In this document: positions 9,662-20,397 of the stretch, in pieces | Position numbering within the stretch: position 1 is the stretch's first letter | How the letters are laid out: the number at the start of each line of letters is the position of its first letter | From: an uncultured archaeon | GTDB taxonomy: Archaea; Nanohalarchaeota; Nanosalinia; Nanosalinales; Nanosalinaceae | Assembly (NCBI GenBank): GCA_964421955.1 | Contig: CAYQYU010000002.1 | Span: 18,755 to 82,754 of the forward strand | DNA length: 64,000 nt | Direction of reading: 5' to 3' | Translations under genes and position numbers: made by a program | The notes under the pieces: generated by a model | Seen by the model: the letters and a program-made list of their open reading frames with translations, nothing else | Told to the model about the DNA's origin: nothing | Databases searched by the model: none

Positions 9662-9988
9662 ATGAATATGCTCGAAAATTTTGACCGCATTAATGCCGCC
9701 GCAGCCTTCTTTGCGATGTTCGTTCTCGCGGGCATACTCACAGCACCCACTCAGAGCTATCGTGTTATGACTGAGATATACTGCTCGTGCGATGTTAACG
9801 AGGGAGATGTTCCCTGTAACGATGTCACCCAGATCGACTATATTTTCTACACCGGCCTAGTAAATATCTATCGAGAGCATAACATGAAGGAGATTGTCGA
9901 GTGCCGGAACGGCAACAGAAGCGGAACTCACAACCGTATGGAGAGCCAGCAATACGGTGTAGAGTTTTTGTCAACACGAGCTGCCTAG
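9662..9988 (+). CDS. Hypothetical membrane-anchored Cys-containing protein
   Basis: N-terminal TM helix; four Cys. Confidence 0.6.
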   Translation: MNMLENFDRINAAAAFFAMFVLAGILTAPTQSYRVMTEIYCSCDVNEGDVPCNDVTQIDYIFYTGLVNIYREHNMKEIVECRNGNRSGTHNRMESQQYGVEFLSTRAA

Positions 9989-10084
9989 ACTAGAAGACAC
10001 TTTCAGGTCGACGAGCTCCTGGCATCGTTCGCTTTTCACCGAGCGTTTCCGGGGGATTAAAAGAAGTGTGATGAGATACCTAGA

Positions 10085-10900
10085 GTGAAGAGGAGCTTCC
10101 AAGTGAGAAAATGGCTCAAGATCGCGGGCATTTTACTGGCGGCAATCATCGTACTGACAGCTGTAGCGATCGGTATTGTGGTTCTGGTAATATTCTCCAT
10201 CGGGACGAGTGGCCCGGATCCTGGTTCCTTCATGCACCAGGTCGAGTACACCGCGGAGTTCAGATTCAACGGTACTTTGAATGACACCGAGATAATTGTT
10301 CCCTACCCCGATGATGGAAGGTTCCAGTCCGCAATCAGGGGAAACTCGGACGCCCGACTGTCGAACGAATTGAACGCATCGCTGTCGATTGTGAATACCT
10401 CTCGAGGTGAGATGCTGAAACTTGATGTCGGCGATTTCACGCCCAGGACTGACAGTGAGAGATTTGAGAGAGAATTCAGGAGGCTGGAGAACAATACGGA
10501 CCGTGAGATACGCCGCGTGAATGTCACGGGTCTCGCGAAGTACAGCTCCTACAACCTTTTGGTCCGTTTTGACTACAACAGGTCGCTTGACACCAGGAAC
10601 GGCCTAACAAACGAGCCTCACCTTGAATCAACCAGCGCGGAGTGCCGCGGTCCAAGAGAGTCGGGCTGCGCCATGACCGGGGCGTTCCTGAACTACACTG
10701 CCTCCAACTCGACGCACATGGAGCTCAGCGTCAGAATCAGCGGCAGGAACTCCTGGTGGAACTGGGGATGGTCCGGCAACAGCTACAGCCAGCGCTTCTA
10801 CAACAGCTTCTACGACAACCAGAATTTGGTCGGTTCCCAGAAAGGATGGATTACACTCAGAGGAAGAGAAGACCAGGGAGAAGGAAGCTACAGGTATTGA
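10085..10900 (+). CDS. Membrane-anchored extracellular protein
   Basis: N-terminal TM helix; many NxS/T sequons; aromatic GRNSWWNWGWSGNSY motif. Confidence 0.75.
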   Translation: MKRSFQVRKWLKIAGILLAAIIVLTAVAIGIVVLVIFSIGTSGPDPGSFMHQVEYTAEFRFNGTLNDTEIIVPYPDDGRFQSAIRGNSDARLSNELNASLSIVNTSRGEMLKLDVGDFTPRTDSERFEREFRRLENNTDREIRRVNVTGLAKYSSYNLLVRFDYNRSLDTRNGLTNEPHLESTSAECRGPRESGCAMTGAFLNYTASNSTHMELSVRISGRNSWWNWGWSGNSYSQRFYNSFYDNQNLVGSQKGWITLRGREDQGEGSYRY

Positions 10901-10905
10901 GCGCT

Positions 10906-11448
10906 TCACGTGATTCTAAGCGTTTCTCTGTTACCCAACGCAAAACCGGTGATATCTTCCACCAGTACTTCCACGTTTTCCTCGAATATCTCTGGAAAAA
11001 CTTCATGGAGGTGGTCTACTAACTCTGCACTGTACTCAAAATGATAGGAATCACTGAAAACGGAAAAACTTGTTTCATCTTCGGGAAAACCGGTTGCCTG
11101 TTCCCCGCCTGCACAAAAACCCAGGTTCCGTGCGACGCCTTTAACCATTACATCCCCGAAGTCCAGGTTGTAGTTGACACAATAGGTTCTCTCAAAGTCC
11201 AGTTGCTCGCCCTGGCTTTCAGAGATATAGAGTTCTGATACCGGAATATACTTTTCAAAGGTCTCGGCTATCTCCTCCTTGCTCCCGGGGGCAGATGAGT
11301 AAAGGGCAAAACCTTCCGGCTCCCAGTAAACAACCACGCAGTTACCTTCATATTTGAACGTCCCCATGACCGAAACCTCATCGGTGTAAAAACGGTTGAC
11401 GTTATCTATTGTCTCGAACTCGTCAAGAAGTCTGTCCCTCTCGGCCAT
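10906..11448 (-). CDS. Hypothetical acidic protein
   Basis: 180 aa acidic ORF. Confidence 0.7.
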   Translation of the reverse strand: MAERDRLLDEFETIDNVNRFYTDEVSVMGTFKYEGNCVVVYWEPEGFALYSSAPGSKEEIAETFEKYIPVSELYISESQGEQLDFERTYCVNYNLDFGDVMVKGVARNLGFCAGGEQATGFPEDETSFSVFSDSYHFEYSAELVDHLHEVFPEIFEENVEVLVEDITGFALGNRETLRIT

Positions 11449-11694
11449 GACCTCATCTTCGAACCAAAACTTAAACCAGTCCCGGCCGATCTAGGTTTCC
11501 CCCGGAAACTGATTCTTTAAGTAGTGCTGGATAGCATCCTCTTCAAAGCCCATCAATGCATCATATCTATCGCGGTAGTGCCGGGAGCTGTTGATGTACT
11601 TTACCAGATCCCCAATTACCTGATAAACTGCTTCGTCTCTTGCATCTTCACCTAGAATTGAAGGCAGCACGGTCCTCAAAGGCTCCAGCCAAGC

Positions 11695-12060
11695 CTAAAA
11701 TGTTCCTTTACCTTTATTCCTGAGGTACGTCTTCTTGGTCCCTATTTTCTTGCACTTGTCACATGCCACGTGAAATTTGAGAACCGGATTGTGTTCTTTA
11801 CCCCAGTTCTCAACCTGCACCACGTGGACTCTTTCCTCACAATCAGGGCATCGAAAGGAAAATTTGTCGCTGCTGTCCTCGACTACTTCCGGGTCAAATT
11901 CTTGAGGCCAGTCACCTTTCACCCGTGTGTAACCGAAATCCTCGTAGAGGAAATTGCTTACTTCCGGATGGAAAGTGGAGCTTATCTTGACCTCATCACC
12001 GAATTCTACATCCGGAAGCAAATTTGCTTCTTCCAGCAGTTCGGTAGCAGGGTCGCTCAT
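11695..12060 (-). CDS. Zinc-ribbon protein downstream of nrdJ
   Basis: CPDC...CDKC; 9 nt after the nrdJ stop. Confidence 0.7.
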   Translation of the reverse strand: MSDPATELLEEANLLPDVEFGDEVKISSTFHPEVSNFLYEDFGYTRVKGDWPQEFDPEVVEDSSDKFSFRCPDCEERVHVVQVENWGKEHNPVLKFHVACDKCKKIGTKKTYLRNKGKGTF

Positions 12061-12069
12061 TTTACTCCC

Positions 12070-14991
12070 TCAGCACTTGCTCCAGCCGCAGCCGGGGCAT
12101 TTTTTGCAGCCTTCCTGGAGGATGAGCATTCCTCCGCAGTCAGGGCATTCTGGTGTGGTGCCGTCCTTGACGATTTCCGCTGCGTCGGCAATTTTCTCCG
12201 TTTCGGTCTTGCCGGCCTGTTGTGTCTCGGTTTCGCCCGTGTCGAAGCTGTCGATGGTGTGCTGCGGGGTGTCGCCGCCTTTCAGGTGGCGTTTCATCGC
12301 CTCGGCGATCGCGTCGGGAACTGAATGGATCTGTGTTCCTGAGTCCCATGCGATCTGTGGCGAGCGGATGTCGTCGAGCTGTTTGATGACGTCTTCCGCG
12401 TCCGCGCCCGAACGTAGAGCGAGCGAGATCGTGCGGCCGAGGGCTTCCGTGAAGGACTGGGTGTAGCCACCCGACTTTCCTACCTGGGTGAACACTTCGA
12501 ACGGCTCCCCGTTGCTATCGTTGATCGTCACAAACAGGTCGCCGTAAGCGGTTTCTATCTCCTGGGTCGTCCCGATCACCGTCTTCGGGCGGTCCTGGAC
12601 TCCCGGCGAATCACCCATCGAGGTGTGTTCGCCGTTGCCCTCGTCGTCGGCCTCGACTCCTTCCTGTGAAATCTCCTGGTCGAGATCCTGCTCCTGGACC
12701 TCTAAGTCAGTGTCTCCGACAACCTCCTCGAACTCGTTGCTTTCTATCAGGGCTTCCGCGCCGCCGAATTCGTCCACGACCTCGGAGAGCAGGTCGACCT
12801 TGTCCATGTCCGTTAGAGTGTTCTCCTTGTTGGTCTGCATGACCTGGACATCCCGGGTTCCGTCACGGTACACTGTCATGCCCTTGATGCCCTTGTTGTA
12901 GGCGCGCATGTAGACCTCGCGGACCTCCTCTTTCGAAGCCTCGTTCGGGAAGTTGCAGGTCTTCGAGATGCCGGAGTGGTTGTGTTTCTGGAACGCCGCT
13001 TGAATATCAACGTGCTCCTTCGGGCCGACACGGTCAGAGGTCATGAAGAGCTGCTTCATCGCCGGCGGAAGCACGTCATTTGAAAGGGAGTTCACGCCCT
13101 CCCACTCGTTGTTCCGCATCTTTTCCTCGACCTCTTCACGCACCTTTTCAACGTCGACGTTGTTGGCCTCCAGCGCCTTGATGAAGTAGTCGTCGAACTC
13201 GACGAGCATATCCTCGCCCTGGATGTCCTTCGCAACGTTCTTGAAGTACGCGACCTGGTAGATTGGTTCGCAGCCGCCCGAGGTGTTTCCTATCATTGAA
13301 GTGGTTCCGGTTGGCGCGATCGTAACCGTGTTGTGGTTTCTCATCTCTAGGCCGTCCTCGAACTGCTCCGGGTCATAGCCTCCAGAGTAGTTCTTGAACC
13401 ATTCCTCGTGTTCAGTTGGGTTGGCCCACTTCGACTTCTCCCATTCTCCAAAGGTTCCTCGGACTTCCGCAAGTCTATGCGATTCCTCGACGGAGAACTG
13501 GGTGATGAGTCTCTGGATTTCCTTGGCCGCTGCCTGTGATTCGTCGCTTCCGTACCGCATCCCCAGCTGGATCAGCATCTGGGCGAAGCCCATCAGTCCT
13601 AGGCCGATCTTTCTCATCTCGCTCACTTTCTCCTCAATCTCCTCCAGCGGGAAGTCGCTCATCGTCACAACGTTATCTAAAAAGCGGGTGCCGGTCTTCG
13701 CGATGCGTTCAAGTTCATCGACCATGATGGCCTCCTGGATGAACTCCTGCATCGCGATGTCGAGTTCCTCTTCGCTCGAGTACTCGACCTCGTGCTCCTG
13801 GCACCACTCGTGGAAGTTGAGTCCAAGGCCGTCTCCCTGGTCTTCAACCAGCAGCGAGAGGTTAATGTGGCCGAGGTTGCAGGCCTCATAGTTTTCGAGA
13901 GGCTGCTCCGCGCACGGGTTGGTGGCCTCCATCCGGTGCTCCGGGTGCTTCTCGACGTCGAAGCTGTGTTTGTCATTGGCCTCGTCGTAGACGTAGAAGC
14001 CCGGCTCGCCGTTCCTCCAGGCGCCGTCGATAAGGCACTCCCAGATGAAGCGGGCGGGAATCTTCATATCCTCTCCCGGCTCAAGTTCTATATCGTATTC
14101 TTCTATCTCGTCTCCAAAGGTACTGGCAAAGTCACGCCAGAAGTTGTCGTCCTTCCCCTGGTCACTTCCGGATGCTTCCGGGTACCAGTCTTCATCGCTG
14201 TTGTAGAACTCCGCGGTTTTTCTCGTGACCTCGTGCGTGTCCCCTGTTGCAGGATTGATCAACTCGTACTCCTCATCGTTCTTGACCGCCTCCATGAAGT
14301 CATGTGTTAGACCCACTGAGATGTTGAAATTCGATAAATTGCCCTCCTTTCTTTTCGATGTTATGAACCTCAGTACGTCAGGGTGGTCGACGCGCATTAT
14401 TCCCATCTGGGCTCCGCGTCTCTTTCCTCCCTGTTTTATGGTTCCGCACATCGTGTCGAATACCTGCTGGAAAGTCATCGGTCCCGAGGCGATTCCCCCT
14501 GTCGAGGAGACAGGATCGCCCTTTGGACGAAGCAGGTGGAAAGGATAGCCGACGCCTCCTCCAGTCTGGAAGATGTTCGCCGCATCATGTACCGCGCCAA
14601 ATATTGAGTCCATATCATCTTCAGGATGCACCACGAAGCAGGCGGAAAGCTGCTGCAGTTCTGCGCCTGCGTTCATCAGTGTCGGTGAGTTAGGCATGAA
14701 TTTCAGGTTGGTCATAAGGTCGTAGAACTGCTGCCATGACTCCCTGTAGTTGACATCGTCGTACTGCTTGTCCGGCATTGCGACATTCTTCGCGACCCGC
14801 TCGAACATTTCTTCAGGTGTCTCGACAACCTCGCCGTCCTCGTCCTTTAGAAGGTAGCGAGCCGGTAAAATACGTTCGTACGCGTTTTCAGTCAGTCTTT
14901 CTTCTACGGTCTCCCCTGTGACGCGCTTCACGGGAAGCTGGAACTCAGATTTTGAATTAACAGTGTCAGCTTCTGAAACAGTGTTGGTCAT
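12070..14991 (-). CDS. nrdJ: Class II (adenosylcobalamin-dependent) ribonucleotide reductase with C-terminal TSCPD and Zn ribbon
   Basis: [35 protein letters not shown]-terminal [16 protein letters not shown]. Confidence 0.96.
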   Translation of the reverse strand: MTNTVSEADTVNSKSEFQLPVKRVTGETVEERLTENAYERILPARYLLKDEDGEVVETPEEMFERVAKNVAMPDKQYDDVNYRESWQQFYDLMTNLKFMPNSPTLMNAGAELQQLSACFVVHPEDDMDSIFGAVHDAANIFQTGGGVGYPFHLLRPKGDPVSSTGGIASGPMTFQQVFDTMCGTIKQGGKRRGAQMGIMRVDHPDVLRFITSKRKEGNLSNFNISVGLTHDFMEAVKNDEEYELINPATGDTHEVTRKTAEFYNSDEDWYPEASGSDQGKDDNFWRDFASTFGDEIEEYDIELEPGEDMKIPARFIWECLIDGAWRNGEPGFYVYDEANDKHSFDVEKHPEHRMEATNPCAEQPLENYEACNLGHINLSLLVEDQGDGLGLNFHEWCQEHEVEYSSEEELDIAMQEFIQEAIMVDELERIAKTGTRFLDNVVTMSDFPLEEIEEKVSEMRKIGLGLMGFAQMLIQLGMRYGSDESQAAAKEIQRLITQFSVEESHRLAEVRGTFGEWEKSKWANPTEHEEWFKNYSGGYDPEQFEDGLEMRNHNTVTIAPTGTTSMIGNTSGGCEPIYQVAYFKNVAKDIQGEDMLVEFDDYFIKALEANNVDVEKVREEVEEKMRNNEWEGVNSLSNDVLPPAMKQLFMTSDRVGPKEHVDIQAAFQKHNHSGISKTCNFPNEASKEEVREVYMRAYNKGIKGMTVYRDGTRDVQVMQTNKENTLTDMDKVDLLSEVVDEFGGAEALIESNEFEEVVGDTDLEVQEQDLDQEISQEGVEADDEGNGEHTSMGDSPGVQDRPKTVIGTTQEIETAYGDLFVTINDSNGEPFEVFTQVGKSGGYTQSFTEALGRTISLALRSGADAEDVIKQLDDIRSPQIAWDSGTQIHSVPDAIAEAMKRHLKGGDTPQHTIDSFDTGETETQQAGKTETEKIADAAEIVKDGTTPECPDCGGMLILQEGCKKCPGCGWSKC

Positions 14992-15054
14992 ACTTGTTGA
15001 TCCCCCATGATTATGAAATCGGATTGTGTGTGAACTGAGTGAGTATGAATTGAA

Positions 15055-15495
15055 TTATTCATTTTGAAGTGCCTCGACTTCCTTCTGGAATGATTCCGCG
15101 TTTTCAAACGAGTCGTACACAGACGCGAACCGGATGTAGGCAACCTCATCGCGTTTCTGTAACTCCTGCTTGACAAGCTCGCCGATTTCCTCTGTGGTGA
15201 CTTCTTCCCGGGACAGCACCTGCTTCTTCACAGATTCAACCATCTCGTTGACCTCTTCCCCGGTGATAGAAGTCTTCTCGACCGCTCTTTCAATTCCGGA
15301 GCGGATCTTTTCCTCCTCGAAGTCCTTGACATCGCCCGACCGCTTCAACACCTTGATATCAAACTTCTCCACCGTTTCGTAGGTGGTGAAACGTCTCTCG
15401 CACTCCGGGCACTCCCTGCGCCTCCTTACTTTCTCTCTGGATTCCCTGGTGTCAACTACCCCGGTCGATCCGTGTTCGCAGTATGGGCATTTCAT
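15055..15495 (-). CDS. nrdR: Transcriptional repressor NrdR
   Basis: MKCPYC, RRRRECPEC.RRFTTYE, ATP cone, VAYIRFASVY. Confidence 0.97.
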   Translation of the reverse strand: MKCPYCEHGSTGVVDTRESREKVRRRRECPECERRFTTYETVEKFDIKVLKRSGDVKDFEEEKIRSGIERAVEKTSITGEEVNEMVESVKKQVLSREEVTTEEIGELVKQELQKRDEVAYIRFASVYDSFENAESFQKEVEALQNE

Positions 15496-15550
15496 TGGTT
15501 ACACATTGGATATACCTGACTCTAGTTGTTTTAATGCATTCCTGTGCTAT

Positions 15551-15599
15551 CCACAACATGTCGGGGAGAAACCTCTCCCTTCCCCCTCATATGTAGTGT
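15551..15599. promoter_or_regulatory. Tandem NrdR boxes
   Basis: CCACAACATGTCGGGG (15551-15566) and CCCTCATATGTAGTGT (15584-15599) resemble acaCwAtATaTwGtgt, starts 33 bp apart, just downstream of a minus-strand TATA (TTTATAA about 15629-15635). Confidence 0.75.
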
Positions 15600-15732
15600 C
15601 TTCGCATCCCAAATTTACGTTCCTCTACTTATAAACTCTGCCATGTTGAAGAGGTTCGAACTAACTGAATAGCTGTTACGTACACCATACTTCACACCAA
15701 TCTATATAGAACTCATTATCGCAAACCGGATT

Positions 15733-16656
15733 ATGGCTGCTCAGGAAGCTGAAAAATGGTTTACAGTAACGCGGGCAGATGCCGAGGAATGGAAAGTCGG
15801 CGCGATAGCAGAGGCCGTAGACCAGAAGATATCAGAACTCGCGGAGCTCTGGAACCTGGAAACGGAAGAGATCGTGAACGAGCAGAGGCCCCTCCAACTC
15901 GAGATCGAGGGCTTCGGGGCCTGGGTCGGCGACGACATAGTATCGGTTTCAGATCCCGACCTCTATAGAGCTGGGATGTGCGAGGTGTTCGACGATCCTG
16001 GGATCATAGAGATGGTAGACATGAACTATCCCGTACCGTTCCACGAAGTTCTCGAGGAGGCTGGGCAGCTAGTTGGGCAGCGTGCCGATAACGGCTGGGA
16101 CTACCGACCGTCCCTTGTAGACGGTGCAAGAGACGAGTTCCATGGTCTTCTTGCGCTTAGGCATACCTGCCCTGACTTCGTTGACAGCTACAGGAGTCTG
16201 GTGGAGTCCAACCTCGACACCGTGGTGCAGCTCAACAGCAAAGAGCAGGAGGACGCGATAATGGAGCTCGCTGGAAGAGAGGTCAACAGGGAAGATATTG
16301 TCAAGCTTTACAACAGGGAGCTGGACCAGGAATACGATTTCTCCAGGCACTCCGACAAGCTGCCGAACGCGTTCAGCACCAGGCTTGCGACAGAAGTGGT
16401 GCAGGGAGATATAGGCTTCAGTGAGCTTGACGCCGAGCAGGTGGCCCGGATGAGGCGCCGGAAGCTGAGGAGAGAATCCGTCCAGGAAAGATCGAACCTT
16501 GTCGCCTTCGACCTGGCCGATGGAATGTACGGTCTCGAAACAGGATACCGGCCCGAAGACGCTTTTAACAACGCCCACAATTTCAACTCATGGTTCGAGG
16601 AAACGGCCCGCGAGGTCGACAGGGAAATTTGCAACAAGTATGGAATTCCTCGATAA
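15733..16656 (+). CDS. Hypothetical acidic protein
   Basis: 307 aa acidic ORF. Confidence 0.75.
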   Translation: MAAQEAEKWFTVTRADAEEWKVGAIAEAVDQKISELAELWNLETEEIVNEQRPLQLEIEGFGAWVGDDIVSVSDPDLYRAGMCEVFDDPGIIEMVDMNYPVPFHEVLEEAGQLVGQRADNGWDYRPSLVDGARDEFHGLLALRHTCPDFVDSYRSLVESNLDTVVQLNSKEQEDAIMELAGREVNREDIVKLYNRELDQEYDFSRHSDKLPNAFSTRLATEVVQGDIGFSELDAEQVARMRRRKLRRESVQERSNLVAFDLADGMYGLETGYRPEDAFNNAHNFNSWFEETAREVDREICNKYGIPR

Positions 16657-16711
16657 CCGGAAGACTTTTAAATAGAAGGCATTATTGTTACTATATGGTG
16701 ACAATTCACTA

Positions 16712-16957
16712 ATGCCTGAGGATTATGACGAGGATTTTGGACTTTCTGACGCCTCTGAACCCGGTAGAGAATCCGCTGTAGGCGGCGAAGTAACTCTTGA
16801 CGGTACAGTTGACGAGATGCTGGAGAACGCCGGCATCTCTCAGGAGAATCAGTACGACAGGTTCCTGTACGGCGAAGACAACGGCTCGGTCAAATCAGCC
16901 CTGGGATCGGGATACGTCATGGGTGCGAGACCCGAGGAAGATCCAAGGTCGTTCTAG
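16712..16957 (+). CDS. Small acidic hypothetical protein
   Basis: ATG 16712 after TTTAAA. Confidence 0.6.
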   Translation: MPEDYDEDFGLSDASEPGRESAVGGEVTLDGTVDEMLENAGISQENQYDRFLYGEDNGSVKSALGSGYVMGARPEEDPRSF

Positions 16958-17007
16958 GGGATAACCCATACCTATTTTTTCAATTTTGGCTATTAAGTGA
17001 TTATTAC

Positions 17008-18804
17008 ATGACAGAAGAAATCGTTCCGGACACCTCGATTCTTATAGACGGCAAGCTCTCCGAGCTGGCAGAAAAGGGAGAGATAGACTCGGAAGTCGTG
17101 ATACCAGAATTCGTTGTTGACGAGCTAGAGAACCAGGCCAACCGTGGCCTAGAAGTGGGCTACGCCGGCATAGAGGAGATCAAGAAGATCAGGAAGCTTG
17201 GTGAGGAAAAAGGCTTCGAGGTGTCCTTCACAGGAAGACGTCCAACAGGGGAAGAGATAGAACTTGCCTCCAGCGGTAGAATCGATGCGCTGATAAGAGA
17301 CGTCGCAGAGGAACGCGGAGCAACTCTTTATACAGGAGATATCGTCCAGGGCAGGATAGCTGAGGCCAAGGGTATCTACGTCAAGGTGTTCGAGAAGGAG
17401 CACGTCGAGAAGTTCCCGCTCGAAGACTACTTTGACGAGGAAACAATGAGCGTCCACCTTAAGCAGGGAGGTGTTCCGAAGGCGAAGCGGGGAATGCCCG
17501 GGGAGTTCGCGCTTGAGGATATCGGAGACGAAGAAATTACCCGGGAGGAGATTAACAGGATAATACAGGAGACTATCGAGACCGCGGAAGTATCCGACGA
17601 GGGTCTCATAGAACTCGAGAAAGAGGGCGCGACAGTCCTTCAACTCGGCCGCTACAGGATCGCGATCGCACGACCACCGTTTTCTGAAGCGCCGGAAGTC
17701 ACCGCGGTGAGGCCGGTCGCAAAGGTCTCGCTAGAGGACTACGATCTTTCAGAAAAACTGATCGACAGGCTTGACAGGCGAGCAGAAGGAGTACTGATCG
17801 CGGGAGCACCAGGACACGGAAAGTCGACTTTTGCCCAGGCGCTTGTCGAGCACTACGAGAACGAAGGAGAAATTGTGAAGACTATGGAAAAGCCCCGGGA
17901 CCTTGACGTCGGCCCGGATATTACGCAGTACGCGGAACTCGAAGAATCTATGGAGAACACCGGCGACTTTTTACTGCTTGTCAGGCCGGACTACACAGTA
18001 TACGATGAGGTCCGTAAAACCTCGGACTTCGAGGTCTACAGCGACATGAGGATGGCCGGGGTCGGGATGCTCGGGGTTGTCCACGCATCCGAGGGAGTTG
18101 ACGCAGTCCAGCGGCTGATCGGCCGTGTGGAACTTGGCATGATACCCCAGATCTGTGACACCGTTATACACATCGAGAACGCCGAGGTCGCGAAGGTCTA
18201 CAAGCTCGAACTCACAGTGAAGGTTCCCGAGGGAATGACAGAGGAAGATCTCGCGAGACCTGTTGTACTCATAAGTGAGCTTGATACAGGCAAGCCAGAG
18301 TACGAGATCTATACCTACGGGGAGGAAACAGTGGTCATACCGGTCGACGGAGAGCAGAGAGCTTCCGGAGCCCAGAGACTCGCGATGGAGCAGCTTGAAC
18401 ACCTGCTAGGCGCAAGGGGTATCGACGACGCGAGCATTGAATTTATCTCCGACAACCACATCCGTTTGCTTGTTGAAGAAGACGAAATACCCCATATAAT
18501 TGGAACAGGCGGGGAACGGATCGAACAGCTCGAGGAAGAGCTTGGTCTCTCGATAACCGTCGAGCCCAAGAAGGGAACACTGAAGGAGACAGCGGGCTTC
18601 GATGTCGAGGAGCGCGGCAACTCGGTGATCATTGAGGTCGGGAAAGACATGACTGGAGAGGAAATTGATGTCTACGATGGCGACGAGTTCCTGTTCACCG
18701 CGACCGTCGGGAAGAAGGGAGAAGTTTCTGTTACGAAGCAGAGCGAGCTCGCGTCACGAATTCTCGGTGCCGCGGAATCCGGAAAGCTTGATGTCCGTGT
18801 GTGA
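17008..18804 (+). CDS. PIN-domain/P-loop ATPase/KH protein (PINA family)
   Basis: VPDTS PIN start, GAPGHGKST, DEVR, KH IIGTGG. Confidence 0.93.
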   Translation: MTEEIVPDTSILIDGKLSELAEKGEIDSEVVIPEFVVDELENQANRGLEVGYAGIEEIKKIRKLGEEKGFEVSFTGRRPTGEEIELASSGRIDALIRDVAEERGATLYTGDIVQGRIAEAKGIYVKVFEKEHVEKFPLEDYFDEETMSVHLKQGGVPKAKRGMPGEFALEDIGDEEITREEINRIIQETIETAEVSDEGLIELEKEGATVLQLGRYRIAIARPPFSEAPEVTAVRPVAKVSLEDYDLSEKLIDRLDRRAEGVLIAGAPGHGKSTFAQALVEHYENEGEIVKTMEKPRDLDVGPDITQYAELEESMENTGDFLLLVRPDYTVYDEVRKTSDFEVYSDMRMAGVGMLGVVHASEGVDAVQRLIGRVELGMIPQICDTVIHIENAEVAKVYKLELTVKVPEGMTEEDLARPVVLISELDTGKPEYEIYTYGEETVVIPVDGEQRASGAQRLAMEQLEHLLGARGIDDASIEFISDNHIRLLVEEDEIPHIIGTGGERIEQLEEELGLSITVEPKKGTLKETAGFDVEERGNSVIIEVGKDMTGEEIDVYDGDEFLFTATVGKKGEVSVTKQSELASRILGAAESGKLDVRV

Positions 18805-18842
18805 TCGTTCTTCTTATTAAGCCGGTTTCCAAAATCTAGAGT

Positions 18843-20006
18843 GTGAGACAGTTACAGATCACGGTTCCCGCGGCTTCAAAGCAGGATGTCGAAGAGGTTC
18901 TAAAGGACTACTCCAGCGATATTTCCTCGAAGAACGTGGAGCAGAACGGGTCAAACGCGATCGAATTCACCGCCTCAATCGAGTCAGGAGAAGATATTGA
19001 CAAGCTCTCGGAAGAGCTGAAGGAGGTGGAGAATATTGATTCAGGAGAACTATCTATACGTGTTCTTGAACAGGAGTCGCTGATCAAGAAAGGGCAGAAG
19101 ACCAGTGGATCTAACTCATCTCTTTCACACGAGGAGCTCTACACCAAGGCCCAGGAATCCTCTGGCTTCACAAAGGAGCAGTGGGGGCTGATTGCGGTCT
19201 CGTCCGCCATCGCTGCGTACGGCCTTGCGCTCGACAATATAATAGTTGTTATAGGTGCGATGATGCTCGCGCCGATACTATCGCCTTTTGTCTCCGGCGC
19301 GATTTCCATAGTCGTGGGCGACCAGTCGCTGATGAAGAAGTCACTTTTCGCGGGACTGAAGAGCGTGCTTATCGCGATTGCAGTTTCTTTTGTCGTGATG
19401 GTGCCGTTTCCCGTTGACAACAACGCGGTGCTCCAGCTGGTTGCGTCGCCAGGCATACTCACGATACTGCTCTCCGTTCTTGTTGGAGTGGCCGCCGCGC
19501 TTTCATTTGCGACAGGGTTCAGAGACCAGATTGCAGGTGTCGCAGTCGCCATCGCGCTGGTTCCGCCGCTCGCGGCGACAGGTATCGGACTGAAGATGCA
19601 GGACCTCGTGTTCGCGGCCCAGGCGGGATCTGTGGCAACGATCAACATTCTCGCGGTAATTGTCTCGGGTTCACTAACTTTCCGGATGCTCGGGATGAAA
19701 CCGTCGACCTACTACAGGGAGAAGCAGGCCGAGAGACTGAGGTACGTTGTTCCAGCTGCATTCCTCCTTATGGCTATACTTGCAGCACCAGTGGCTTACT
19801 CATCCTATCAGGGCTACCAGGACTACATCTCCGAGCAGCATGTGAGAAATGTGGCCTCGGACCATTTCGGTGACAACCTGCTTGAGGTCGAACTGGAAGA
19901 CAATCACCTGACGGTCCTGGTGCTCGGAGAACACCAGACGCAGGACTTCAGGGAGGAACTGCCTGAGCACCTTTCAGTGGAGGTAAAACAGCTCCAAACC
20001 GGGTAG
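18843..20006 (+). CDS. DUF389/TIGR00341 membrane protein
   Basis: VVIGAMMLAP and GVAVAIALVPPLA motifs. Confidence 0.9.
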   Translation: MRQLQITVPAASKQDVEEVLKDYSSDISSKNVEQNGSNAIEFTASIESGEDIDKLSEELKEVENIDSGELSIRVLEQESLIKKGQKTSGSNSSLSHEELYTKAQESSGFTKEQWGLIAVSSAIAAYGLALDNIIVVIGAMMLAPILSPFVSGAISIVVGDQSLMKKSLFAGLKSVLIAIAVSFVVMVPFPVDNNAVLQLVASPGILTILLSVLVGVAAALSFATGFRDQIAGVAVAIALVPPLAATGIGLKMQDLVFAAQAGSVATINILAVIVSGSLTFRMLGMKPSTYYREKQAERLRYVVPAAFLLMAILAAPVAYSSYQGYQDYISEQHVRNVASDHFGDNLLEVELEDNHLTVLVLGEHQTQDFREELPEHLSVEVKQLQTG

Positions 20007-20037
20007 TTATTTAAAAAAGTAAAGCAAAGGAGTGCAC

Positions 20038-20397
20038 ATGGCAGTTGGAGAACTTGTGCTGACAATTAACACCGCAGGAACACTTGCGATCGGCTCCATC
20101 TGCTTCTTCATAGTTTACACGACTTTCAAGGGCATCGAGGACCAGAAGATCCAGGAGTTCTCGAAACGTTTCATGATGGCAATTGCCGTCCTGATCCTCT
20201 ATGTCTCATACCTGATGACCTACGAGGCATTTTTCTCGAACTCGACTCTTGCCCGCTACCCTCTTTACCTTATACTGATCGGGGTGTTTGTCTACATGAT
20301 ATATGCTGCCATCGGCTTTGAGCAGGTCGCGGAGGAGTATGGCTTCTCCGAGAGATCGAAGCTGGACAAGATGGAGCACGAAGAAATGGGTCGCTAG
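20038..20397 (+). CDS. Hypothetical membrane protein
   Basis: Three TM helices. Confidence 0.7.
   Translation: MAVGELVLTINTAGTLAIGSICFFIVYTTFKGIEDQKIQEFSKRFMMAIAVLILYVSYLMTYEAFFSNSTLARYPLYLILIGVFVYMIYAAIGFEQVAEEYGFSERSKLDKMEHEEMGR

Noticed and set aside
11491-11679. 62-aa ORF
   Set aside because: Non-ATG start and no motif; may be a gene remnant but cannot be supported
12070-14991. Intein in NrdJ
   Set aside because: Catalytic motifs are contiguous and there is no C...HN/(C,S,T) splice signature; the extra length is acidic inserts plus TSCPD
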